Positions 8,846-16,591 of a DNA stretch of 24,000 bases are shown here, piece after piece (positions within the stretch are counted from its first letter, which is position 1; every line of letters starts with the position of its first letter). A program made the translations under genes and the position numbers. This DNA comes from Candidatus Poriferisocius aerobius. GTDB taxonomy: Bacteria > Actinomycetota > Acidimicrobiia > Acidimicrobiales > Bin134. The notes beneath the pieces are model-generated. The model saw only the letters and a list, made by a program, of their open reading frames with translations. It did no database searches and had not been told where the DNA came from. Location: NCBI GenBank assembly GCA_028278955.1, contig JAPYOC010000184.1, positions 6,683 to 30,682 on the forward strand. Direction: 5' to 3'.

Positions 8846-9651
8846 ACCCTTTCGAGCGGGCGGAACAGGCCGGGGCAGAGCTGGTTGGGCGGCTGGGCGG
8901 AAGCTTTGAGGCCGCGGTGGTTCTGGGATCGGGCTGGGCCGAGGCGGCCGGGGGCCTCGGGTCTGTGGAGGCCGAGGTGGCCGCCGAGACCGTCACCGGG
9001 TTCCATCCGCCGTTGGTCCCCGGCCACGGCGCAACGCTGCGGGCCATGACCGTGGAAGGCCGCAGGGTGCTGGTCATGGCGGGACGGGTCCACCTGTACG
9101 AAGGCCATCCGCCGGCCGACGTTGTCCACGGCGTGCGGGCCGCGGTGAGCGCGGGGTGCTCCGCAGTGGTGCTGACCAACGCGGCCGGTGGCATGAATCC
9201 GGCGTTCGGGGTGGGTCAGCCGGTGCTGATCAGCGACCACATAAACCTCACCGGGCAGTCCCCGCTGTCGGGCCCCGCCCCGCCCGACGGCTATGCCATC
9301 AGATTCACCGACCTGACCGATCTCTACTCGCCTCGGATCCGCCAGGCCATCCGCCAAGACACGCCATCGGTGGGCGAGGGGGTGTACGCCGGACTGGCGG
9401 GGCCCCACTTCGAGACCCCGGCGGAGATCACGATGCTGGCCCGAATGGGCGCCGACTTGGTGGGCATGTCCACCGTGTTGGAGGCCATTGCCGTGCGCCA
9501 TCTGGGCGCTGAGGTGGCCGGCGTGTCGCTGGTCACCAACCCGGCCGCCGGAAGGGGCGGAGCACTCGACCACCAAGAGGTGCTCGACGCCGGCCAGGCT
9601 GCCCAGGGCCAGCTCGCACAGGTGCTGAGCAGCGTCATCAACGTGCTGTGA
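8842..9651 (+). CDS. punA: Purine nucleoside phosphorylase (trimeric PNP-I type)
   Basis: Family motifs are present: GRVHLYEGH, VLTNAAGG, GPHFETPAEITMLARMGADLVGMSTVLEAI. It is translationally coupled on both sides (ATGA at 8842, GTGA at 9648). Confidence 0.9.
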   Translation: MNPFERAEQAGAELVGRLGGSFEAAVVLGSGWAEAAGGLGSVEAEVAAETVTGFHPPLVPGHGATLRAMTVEGRRVLVMAGRVHLYEGHPPADVVHGVRAAVSAGCSAVVLTNAAGGMNPAFGVGQPVLISDHINLTGQSPLSGPAPPDGYAIRFTDLTDLYSPRIRQAIRQDTPSVGEGVYAGLAGPHFETPAEITMLARMGADLVGMSTVLEAIAVRHLGAEVAGVSLVTNPAAGRGGALDHQEVLDAGQAAQGQLAQVLSSVINVL

Positions 9652-11282
9652 GCGCCACGCCCCAGCAGTGGCTGGCCGCCGACCCCGACCCGGCTACCCG
9701 GGCCGAACTGGAATCGCTCATCCAAGCCGGCGATCAGCGAAGCATCGACGATCGGTTCGGCGGACGTCTCCGGTTCGGCACCGCCGGTATCCGAGGCCCG
9801 ATGGGCGCGGGCCCCAACCGCATGAACCGGGTGGTGGTCCGCCAGTTCGCCGCCGGGCTGGCTGAATGGCTCGGCTTTTGCGGCGGGGTGGTGATCGCCC
9901 ACGATGCCCGGGAGCGCTCCGATGTTTTCGCCGAGGATGTCGCCGAGGTGCTCGCCGTTGCGGGGTGCTGGCCGGTGACGCTGCCTGCCGACACGCCGAC
10001 GCCTGTCTTGGCGTTCGCCGTCACCTGCCTCGGGTGCGCGGCGGGGGTGATGGTCACTGCCAGCCACAATCCCGTTGGCGACAACGGGCTCAAGCTGTAC
10101 CTCGCCGACGGCGCCCAAGTGATCCCGCCCCACGACCGGGCCATCGAAGCGGCCATGGCCGCTCAGCCCCTGCCCCCTCGAGAGCTGCCCGACCGGGGTC
10201 CGGACCCGGAGTGGCCGAAAAAGGTCTCAGTCGAAGTGGAATACGCCGCCGCCATCTTGGCCAATGTGCCCCACGTGGACTCCTTCCACCCGCTGGCGTA
10301 CACCCCCCTTCAGGGCGTGGGGCTGCGCTACGTGAGCTTCGCGCTCACCCAGATGGACAACGGCGAGCCCTTCGTCGTGGAAGACGAGGCCGAGCCTGAC
10401 CCGCTGTTGCGCAACGTGGTCTCCCCGAACCCCGAGGACCACGACACCCTGGCCAAGGTGATCGGCCGAGCCGTGCAAATCGACAGCCCCCTGGCCATTG
10501 CGAACGACCCCGACGCCGACCGGATGGCCGCTGCGGTGTGGGCCTACGAGAACGAGTGGCGCGTCCTGACCGGCGATGAGATCGGCGCCTTGCTGTGCGA
10601 CTGGATCTTGGGGTTGAGGGTCGAGTCGGGCGGCGACGAGCGGGTGGTAGCCAGCAGCATCGTGTCGGGCAGGCTGGTCGGGCGCATTGCCGAGGCTCGG
10701 GGGGCCACCCATGTGGAGACGCTGACCGGCTTTAAATGGATCGCTCGGGCCGCCGACAGCCTTGAGCCCCGGCCCGGCCATCTGCCCTGGAGGTTTGTTT
10801 TCGGCTATGAGGAGGCGCTTGGCTTCGCCTGCAACAACCGGGTGAGGGACAAGGACGGCATCAGTGCCGCGGTCCACTTCACCATGATGTGCCGGTGGCT
10901 GGCCTGCGAGCTCGGTCTCACTCCCATCGAGCGGCTGGGGGAGCTGATGGACGAGTTCGGCCTGCACCGCACCGATCAGGTCGGTGTGGAGTTAGACGGT
11001 CGCGCTAGATCAGAGGTCATGGGGATCGTCCGGGCCGCCCCGCCCGTGCGCTTCGGCAGCATCGACGTGGCCCGGACAACCGACTATCGAGACGGAATCG
11101 GGGGGCTCCACCCCGCCGATGTGCTCCGGTTCGATCTGGCCGACGGCAGCCGGGTGTCGCTTCGCCCCAGCGGCACCGAGCCCCTCATCAAGGGCTACAT
11201 CGAGGTGGTCGGCGAGCTTCGGATTCCCGATCCGCTCGTCGCTCTGAGCGGGGCGGTGGAAGAGATGATCCTCGGGCTATGA
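9648..11282 (+). CDS. Phospho-sugar mutase (alpha-D-phosphohexomutase superfamily; PmmB/phosphopentomutase-like)
   Basis: Active-site serine loop VTASHNPVGDNGLKLY (Ser codon at 10062-10064), metal-binding loop ANDPDADR, and C-terminal RPSGTEP. Its position directly after PNP mirrors the deoD-pmmB arrangement known in mycobacteria. Confidence 0.9.
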   Translation: MSATPQQWLAADPDPATRAELESLIQAGDQRSIDDRFGGRLRFGTAGIRGPMGAGPNRMNRVVVRQFAAGLAEWLGFCGGVVIAHDARERSDVFAEDVAEVLAVAGCWPVTLPADTPTPVLAFAVTCLGCAAGVMVTASHNPVGDNGLKLYLADGAQVIPPHDRAIEAAMAAQPLPPRELPDRGPDPEWPKKVSVEVEYAAAILANVPHVDSFHPLAYTPLQGVGLRYVSFALTQMDNGEPFVVEDEAEPDPLLRNVVSPNPEDHDTLAKVIGRAVQIDSPLAIANDPDADRMAAAVWAYENEWRVLTGDEIGALLCDWILGLRVESGGDERVVASSIVSGRLVGRIAEARGATHVETLTGFKWIARAADSLEPRPGHLPWRFVFGYEEALGFACNNRVRDKDGISAAVHFTMMCRWLACELGLTPIERLGELMDEFGLHRTDQVGVELDGRARSEVMGIVRAAPPVRFGSIDVARTTDYRDGIGGLHPADVLRFDLADGSRVSLRPSGTEPLIKGYIEVVGELRIPDPLVALSGAVEEMILGL

Positions 11283-12209
11283 GGCCAGAGCGGCGATCTC
11301 AGACCGCTGGTCGGGGCCCATGGACCAAGAGGCTGCGGCCACATTGGAGTCGACCTGCGACGGCTTGGTGGCACCGCAGATCACGGTGGCCACCGCCGGG
11401 TTGGACACCAGCCAGCCGATGGCCAGTTCCAAGAGGCTGCGGCCGTGGCCTTCGGCGTAGCGGGTGAGGCGGTCTGTGGCGGCCAGCTTCTCCTCGCTCA
11501 AGAACATGTCCCGCATCTCGCCCTTCCATATCGACAGGCGGGTTCCCTCAGGAGGGCTGCTTCCCGAGTACTTGCCGGTGAGCAGGCCGGACTCCAGCGG
11601 GAAGTAGGGAACCACCGCCATTCCCGCGCGCTCGCAGGCTTCGATAACCCCGCCATCCTCCACGTCGCGGGTCAACACCGAGTAGTAGTTCTGCACGCTG
11701 GCATAGCTGCCTACACCGGCTTGTACCGCGGCGTCGGCCGCTTCGTCGATCTGGGCCGCGCTGAAGTTGGAGCAGCCGATCTCCACCACTTTCCCCTCAT
11801 CCACCAGCTCTTGAAGCGCGCCGATCGTCTCGGCTTGGGGGGTGTCGGAGTCGGGCATGTGAAGCTGGTAGTGGTCGATCCGGTCGGTGTTCAGCCGGGT
11901 GAGGCTGGCTTCGGCGGCTTGGCGAATCCAGGCCGGGTCGCCGCCCTTTTGCCCTTCGGGCAGAGTGCCGGGGTGGCCGAACTTGGTGGCCACGATCACC
12001 TGGTCGCGCCGGCGGCCGAGGGCGGTGCCGAGGAACTCCTCAGACGTGCCCCGGCCGTAGAGGTCGGCGGTGTCGAAGTAGCTGATCCCGGCGTCGATCG
12101 CTGCGTCGACCACCTTGTGGGCGGCGTCGGCGTCGATGGCCATGCCGAAGTTGTTGCACCCCAGCCCGACGACCGATGTCGTCAGGCTTCCAATGCGGCG
12201 CGTCTGCAT
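11277..12209 (-). CDS. Aldo/keto reductase family oxidoreductase
   Basis: MQTRRIGSLTTSVVGLGCNNFG, then FDTADLYG (catalytic Asp/Tyr region), and later IDHYQLH and GCSNF. I prefer the ATG at 12207-12209 over the in-frame GTG at 12215, since this family typically begins M-x-x-R-x-L-G. It forms an operon with the upstream minus-strand gene (stop at 12221). Confidence 0.9.
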   Translation of the reverse strand: MQTRRIGSLTTSVVGLGCNNFGMAIDADAAHKVVDAAIDAGISYFDTADLYGRGTSEEFLGTALGRRRDQVIVATKFGHPGTLPEGQKGGDPAWIRQAAEASLTRLNTDRIDHYQLHMPDSDTPQAETIGALQELVDEGKVVEIGCSNFSAAQIDEAADAAVQAGVGSYASVQNYYSVLTRDVEDGGVIEACERAGMAVVPYFPLESGLLTGKYSGSSPPEGTRLSIWKGEMRDMFLSEEKLAATDRLTRYAEGHGRSLLELAIGWLVSNPAVATVICGATKPSQVDSNVAAASWSMGPDQRSEIAALAS

Positions 12210-12220
12210 GAGCACGCACC

Positions 12221-13225
12221 CTACAAGGGGAAGCGGTGGGCGGCCTGTTCGTAGACGTCGGGGGCGAGGTCGCCCTGGAGCCGGCCGGAGCGGACCACCG
12301 CCACCTCGTCGACGGCCACTGTGGCTTTCCTCAAGCAGCAGGCGATGCCGACGGTGGGGAACTGGCCGGTGGCGATCACCACATGGCCGTGGTGGTCGCC
12401 AACCCCGAAGGCTTCAGCGAAGCCCGGTTCGAAGAGGGCCGGCGGCCGGGGGCGGTCGATCCACAGCAGGCCGATCTCGACTGCGTCGAAGCGATAGACC
12501 GAGGCTGAGCCCACCGAGGCCAAGTGGGCTCGGATGGCGTCGGTCTCGCTCGGCGGGCCCTCGATGCGCGCCATTCGCCCGCCATCGAACGTCAACATCA
12601 CCGGCGAGCGGGCGTACCAGCCCATCGGGAGCCAGACATCGCCCGGCGACACCACCACCGTGCCGTGGGCGGTTCCCGCCCCCGGGGCCGAACCGATCAT
12701 CCCCCGGGGCCACTGGGCCGTTTGGCCGGGCGCCGTCGCCAATCCGTCGTGCATCCAGCGGCGGGCGTCCCTCAAGCCGATCCGCAGGTTCGTGCCCCTG
12801 TCGTCGCCCACATGCAGTTCCTGCCCGGCGTCCAGCAGGGCCAAGCCCCGCTTGACTCGACGGCTCAGTCCGGCGTGGGGCACGACGCCGCGCAGCTCGC
12901 CGGCAGTGCGGGCGACCACCGACAAGACCCGGGTGTTGGGGGGGGCCAGGGCCTCCGGCGCGCCGGCGGGGCCGTTGATCAGGTTGACCACGATGTCGGG
13001 CCTTGTCGGGGTCCCGACGAGGCCTTCTGCGGGAGGATCGTCGACGCACACCGGGGTGGGCAAAGCGTCGACCTGCTCTAGGGCCAGCACGGCGGCCTCG
13101 ACCAGAGCCGGGTCGCAAGCGCTGTCGAACAGCACCGTCGCCGGGCGGCCCGGCACCGCCCGGCACAGTTCCAGCTGGCGGGCCAGGACGTCAACAGCTC
13201 GACGGTCGACTGCTCCTGCTCTCAT
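12221..13225 (-). CDS. Conserved hypothetical protein, possibly aminopeptidase-T (M29)/NicX-like fold
   Basis: 334-aa ORF with strong G/C third-position bias. ATG at 13223-13225 is preceded by AGGTGAG. The function is only a weak recollection of COG2309-like proteins (ends in ...FGVGDHHGHVVIATG...); no definitive motif was recognised. Confidence 0.7.
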   Translation of the reverse strand: MRAGAVDRRAVDVLARQLELCRAVPGRPATVLFDSACDPALVEAAVLALEQVDALPTPVCVDDPPAEGLVGTPTRPDIVVNLINGPAGAPEALAPPNTRVLSVVARTAGELRGVVPHAGLSRRVKRGLALLDAGQELHVGDDRGTNLRIGLRDARRWMHDGLATAPGQTAQWPRGMIGSAPGAGTAHGTVVVSPGDVWLPMGWYARSPVMLTFDGGRMARIEGPPSETDAIRAHLASVGSASVYRFDAVEIGLLWIDRPRPPALFEPGFAEAFGVGDHHGHVVIATGQFPTVGIACCLRKATVAVDEVAVVRSGRLQGDLAPDVYEQAAHRFPL

Positions 13226-13298
13226 CTGCTCACCTATCTACCGCCGCCCGATGAGGCGGTGCAACCGGGGTATCCGTTAATTCCGGTTTTGACGAGAG

Positions 13299-13304
13299 TA
13301 TTTT
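13299..13304 (+). promoter_or_regulatory. Candidate -10 element (TANNNT) for a leaderless DUF3499 transcript
   Basis: TATTTT at 13299-13304 ends 7 nt before the GTG at 13311. No SD lies in between. This geometry is typical of actinobacterial leaderless mRNAs. No convincing -35 element. Confidence 0.35.
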
Positions 13305-13310
13305 TTGGGG

Positions 13311-13688
13311 GTGCGGCAAAAGTTCTGCGCTCGAGCGACGTGCGGCGAGCGGGCGACGGCTGTCTTGTTGATCAACGCCCGAGAGCTGTCGGTGCAGATA
13401 GTGGACATCCGAGAAGACCCCGGCGTTGTCGGCGTGGCACTCTGCTGTGCCCATGCCGGTGGGACCGTGGCGCCCCTGGGTTGGACTCTGGCCGATTTGC
13501 GCTCCCCCGCTGAGGCGTTCGAATGCGAGCCCGAGTTGGTGCTGGTTGAGGCCGCCCCTTCTGAGCCGCCGGAGGCCCGCAGGCTTCCCGAAAGGGGCGA
13601 GGCGGTGCCCGAGGATATGGAAGACGCCGCAGTGGGGGAGGTGCCTCCGCTGCTCAGCCGGGCATTCCGGGCCGCTGGGCTGGATTGA
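13311..13688 (+). CDS. DUF3499 domain protein (actinobacterial zinc-ribbon-like protein)
   Basis: N-terminal RQKFCARATCGERATAVL (C-x4-C) and downstream GVALCCAHAG...APLGWTL match the conserved Cys/His pattern and layout of DUF3499 proteins. The start is either GTG 13311 or TTG 13305 (same frame). Confidence 0.8.
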   Translation: MRQKFCARATCGERATAVLLINARELSVQIVDIREDPGVVGVALCCAHAGGTVAPLGWTLADLRSPAEAFECEPELVLVEAAPSEPPEARRLPERGEAVPEDMEDAAVGEVPPLLSRAFRAAGLD

Positions 13689-13767
13689 GCCCGCCGGTTG
13701 GCGCGCAAAGCGCGTTCGAGCCCACCGGGTTCTCGCACCGGTTGTCTAAGGGCCGTAGGCTTCGGCC

Positions 13768-14988
13768 ATGACCATCGTCGATATCCACGAGAAGCCCAGC
13801 GAGCGGCTGCTTCCCGATCCCGAGCCCCAACGCCTCCGCTACACGCTCATTTCGGTGGACGACCACCTGGTAGAGCCTCCCTGGCTCTTCGAGGGGCGGC
13901 TGTCGGCCCGTTTCGCCGACCGGGCCCCAAAAGTGGTCGAAGGCGATGACGGCGGCCAGCACTGGGAATTCGACGGGCAGATCTACGCCCAGCTGGGATT
14001 GAACGCCCTGGTGGGCCGGGCCGACCGCAACGATTTCACCGTGGAGCCAGCTCGTTTTTCCGACATGCGCCGGGGCTCCTGGGACATCGAGGCCCGCATC
14101 CACGACATGGACCTGGGCGGCATCTGGGCGTCGATCTGCTTTCCCAGCCAGATCACCGGGTTCTGCGGCCGAGTGTACTCGGACTGCTCCGATCCCGAGC
14201 TGGGCCTGGAGGTCACCCGGGCGTTCAACGACTGGGTGTACGAGGAGTGGTGGGGCGCCTATCCCGAGCGCATCATCCCCATGGGCATCACCTGGCTCAA
14301 GGACGCTGCACTGGCCGCAGCCGAGATCCGCCGCAACGCGGAGCGGGGGTTTGTGGCGGTCACGCTGCCCGAGATACCCCACAACCTCGGTCTGCCGTCC
14401 ATCCACAGCCAGTGGTGGGATCCGCTGTGGCAGGCGTGTCAGGACACCGACACCGTGGTGTGCCTGCACGTCGCGTCCTCGGGCCAAGTCATACCCGCCG
14501 ACCCCGGCGGACCGCCCATCGGCGTGGGGGCCACCATGTTCCAGATGCATGCCTATGCCGCCGCGGCCGACTGGGTGTGGTCGGGCATTCCCGTGCGCTA
14601 TCCCGACATCAAGATCGCCATGTCGGAGGGGGGCTGCGGCTGGGTGCCCATCATGTACGACCGCCTCAAGCACCAGATCGATATCTCCGGCCATGGGCGG
14701 AGCCTGTGGCCCGGCGGCGCCGACATCGGCCCCCACGAGGTGCTGATGCGCAACTTCTACTACTGCACCATCAACGACCCCTCGTCAATCGACGCGGTGA
14801 TCGCCATGAACCTCGACCACACCATGGTGGAGACCGACTATCCCCACGCTGACTCCACTTGGCCCAACTGCCAGGACACGCTGGAGTCAAAGCTGGGCCA
14901 CCTGAGCGACGAGGTGATCCGCAAGCTCACCCACGAGAACGCGGCCCGCCTGTTCCGCCATCCGCTTCCCGACGTCTGCCTGCCGTAG
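13768..14988 (+). CDS. Amidohydrolase family protein (amidohydrolase_2 / ACMSD-like metal-dependent hydrolase)
   Basis: 406 aa. YTLISVDDHLVEPPWLF near the N-terminus (the D-H metal-ligand region of this subfamily), ICFPS..., and C-terminal VETDYPHADSTWP. This resembles the amidohydrolases abundant in mycobacteria. Substrate unknown. Confidence 0.85.
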   Translation: MTIVDIHEKPSERLLPDPEPQRLRYTLISVDDHLVEPPWLFEGRLSARFADRAPKVVEGDDGGQHWEFDGQIYAQLGLNALVGRADRNDFTVEPARFSDMRRGSWDIEARIHDMDLGGIWASICFPSQITGFCGRVYSDCSDPELGLEVTRAFNDWVYEEWWGAYPERIIPMGITWLKDAALAAAEIRRNAERGFVAVTLPEIPHNLGLPSIHSQWWDPLWQACQDTDTVVCLHVASSGQVIPADPGGPPIGVGATMFQMHAYAAAADWVWSGIPVRYPDIKIAMSEGGCGWVPIMYDRLKHQIDISGHGRSLWPGGADIGPHEVLMRNFYYCTINDPSSIDAVIAMNLDHTMVETDYPHADSTWPNCQDTLESKLGHLSDEVIRKLTHENAARLFRHPLPDVCLP

Positions 14989-15075
14989 ACCTCCGGGCAT
15001 TCGCGCCCGAAGGCCATCTTGGGTCGCCTCCGGCTATCAAACCCGATCTTGCCGCCTATACCGTGGGGGCTGATT

Positions 15076-15660
15076 ATGGCATTTGAACTTCCCCCCCTGC
15101 CCTACGGCCAGAGCGCACTCGAGCCCTACGTGAGTGCCGAGACCATGAGCTATCACTACGGGCGCCACCACGCCGGGTATGTGGCCAATCTGAACCGCCT
15201 GGCTGCCGGCACGCAATGGGAGGGCGCCGAGTTGGAAGCGCTGGCCCGGGGCGCCGAGGGTGCGATCTTCAACAATGCCGCCCAGATCTGGAACCACACC
15301 TTCTACTGGCAGTCGATGAGCCCCGACGGTGGCGGCGCGCCCGCCGGGGCGGTGGGCGCGGCCATCGATGCCGCCTTCGGCTCAGTAGACGAGTTCCGCC
15401 GCCAGTTCGCCGACGCGGCCGTGGGGTTGTTCGGCTCAGGCTGGACCTGGCTGGTGGCCGACGAAGGGGGCCTCGAGATCATGCAGACGGCCAACGCCGA
15501 CCTGCCCCTGCGCCACGATCGCCGCCCCCTTTTGGTTGTGGACGTGTGGGAGCACGCCTACTACCTCGACTACCAGAACGCCCGAGCTGCCTACGTAGAG
15601 GCATTCTTGGACAACTTGGTCAACTGGGAGTTCGCGGCTGAGAACCTCGCCGCTGGCTGA
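15076..15660 (+). CDS. sodB: Superoxide dismutase, Fe-type
   Basis: MAFELPPLPY...HYGRHHAGYV, FNNAAQIWNHTFYW (Fe-type Gln position), QTANADLPL (Ala rather than the Mn-type Gln), and DVWEHAYYLDYQN. The true ATG is at 15076; the ORF-track upstream extension from 15019 has no SOD-like sequence. Confidence 0.95.
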   Translation: MAFELPPLPYGQSALEPYVSAETMSYHYGRHHAGYVANLNRLAAGTQWEGAELEALARGAEGAIFNNAAQIWNHTFYWQSMSPDGGGAPAGAVGAAIDAAFGSVDEFRRQFADAAVGLFGSGWTWLVADEGGLEIMQTANADLPLRHDRRPLLVVDVWEHAYYLDYQNARAAYVEAFLDNLVNWEFAAENLAAG

Positions 15661-15682
15661 GGGGCAAATCGGGCAGAGCGAG

Positions 15683-15955
15683 TTGACTGCCCAGTCGAGC
15701 CCGGAATTCGAGCAGCTGGCCGCCGAGCTGGGCCAGCGCATCATGGCCGCCGGCCTTCGGGGCTTGGTCCTGCGTTTTGGCGATGAGACCCGCATCGTGG
15801 GCGTCGCCGACCGCATGCCCCCGGCGGCCACGCTCGAGGCGCCTTTGGATGAGCTGCACGCCGCGCTGTCGGGCCTGCGGAGCGCTGATGAGCTGGCGGA
15901 TCTGCGCTGGATCGGCGCCGCCGAGCCTTACATAGCTTTGCTGGGCGCCGACTGA
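15683..15955 (+). CDS. Hypothetical small protein
   Basis: 90-codon ORF with a TTG start; an internal ATG at codon 21 is an alternative. It has the high G/C third-position bias typical of real genes in this genome. No recognisable motif. Its stop abuts the stop of the convergent rpf-like gene. Confidence 0.45.
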   Translation: MTAQSSPEFEQLAAELGQRIMAAGLRGLVLRFGDETRIVGVADRMPPAATLEAPLDELHAALSGLRSADELADLRWIGAAEPYIALLGAD

Positions 15956-16579
15956 CTAGGACGACCGGAAGGCCGCGGTACACGCCGGCCAAGGCGCCCA
16001 TCCCCGCTCCTGGTAGAGAGCGTAGGCCATAAGGTACTGGTCGGCGGGAGAGGCGTCTCGAGGGTCTACGCCGGCCAGCCGGGGGTGGTTTCTGTTGGCC
16101 ACGCTGTTCCACGTGCTCTGGAGGAACTGGAAGGCGCCTAGGTACGGCCCGGCAGGGTTGTAGGCCCGGTAGTTGCCGTTGGACTCGCACTGGCGGAGCT
16201 GCTCCCACTGCCCCTCGGTGGTACCTGCGGGGATGGTTGCACCAGGCAGAGGGGCAGGTGTCGAAGCGGGTGCCGCGGTTGGAGGGGCCGTCGGTGTCGG
16301 AACAGGCTCAGGGCAGCCGTTGGGAACGAGCTGGGTATCTATGTCGAACAAGCACCGGTAGTCGTTCAACAGCGACTCTTGGGCATCTATCAACGTCTGC
16401 TGGTTTGCGATCAGCTCCTGCTGACTTTCGATGATGTCATCCCGAGAGTCGGGGTTCTGCCCGCCGACCGGTGCAGCTCCCACCCCCACGGCGAGGAGAA
16501 CAACTGCGGCCAGCACCGCGAGCCCTCGCCAAGGGCGATGTAGGCCCCTCGAGTAGCCCCAGCTCCAGCTTGGATGCAA
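15956..16579 (-). CDS. Secreted/membrane-anchored Rpf-like transglycosylase-domain protein
   Basis: N-terminal hydrophobic segment RGLAVLAAVVLLAVGVGAAPVGG, then a heptad-like segment DIIESQQELIANQQTLIDAQESLLNDY, then a Pro/Thr/Ala linker. The C-terminal domain WEQLRQCESNGNYRAYNPAGPYLGAFQFLQSTWNSVA...GWAPWPAC matches resuscitation-promoting-factor transglycosylase domains (the CES catalytic Glu context). TTG is the only available start. Confidence 0.85.
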   Translation of the reverse strand: MHPSWSWGYSRGLHRPWRGLAVLAAVVLLAVGVGAAPVGGQNPDSRDDIIESQQELIANQQTLIDAQESLLNDYRCLFDIDTQLVPNGCPEPVPTPTAPPTAAPASTPAPLPGATIPAGTTEGQWEQLRQCESNGNYRAYNPAGPYLGAFQFLQSTWNSVANRNHPRLAGVDPRDASPADQYLMAYALYQERGWAPWPACTAAFRSS

Positions 16580-16591
16580 AAGGAGTCCGGT

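Noticed and set aside
15671-15692. The hairpin GGGCAG-N10-CTGCCC just after the sodB stop, considered as an intrinsic terminator.
   Set aside because: The stem is only 6 bp, no T-run follows, and it overlaps the candidate start of the next ORF. The evidence is insufficient.
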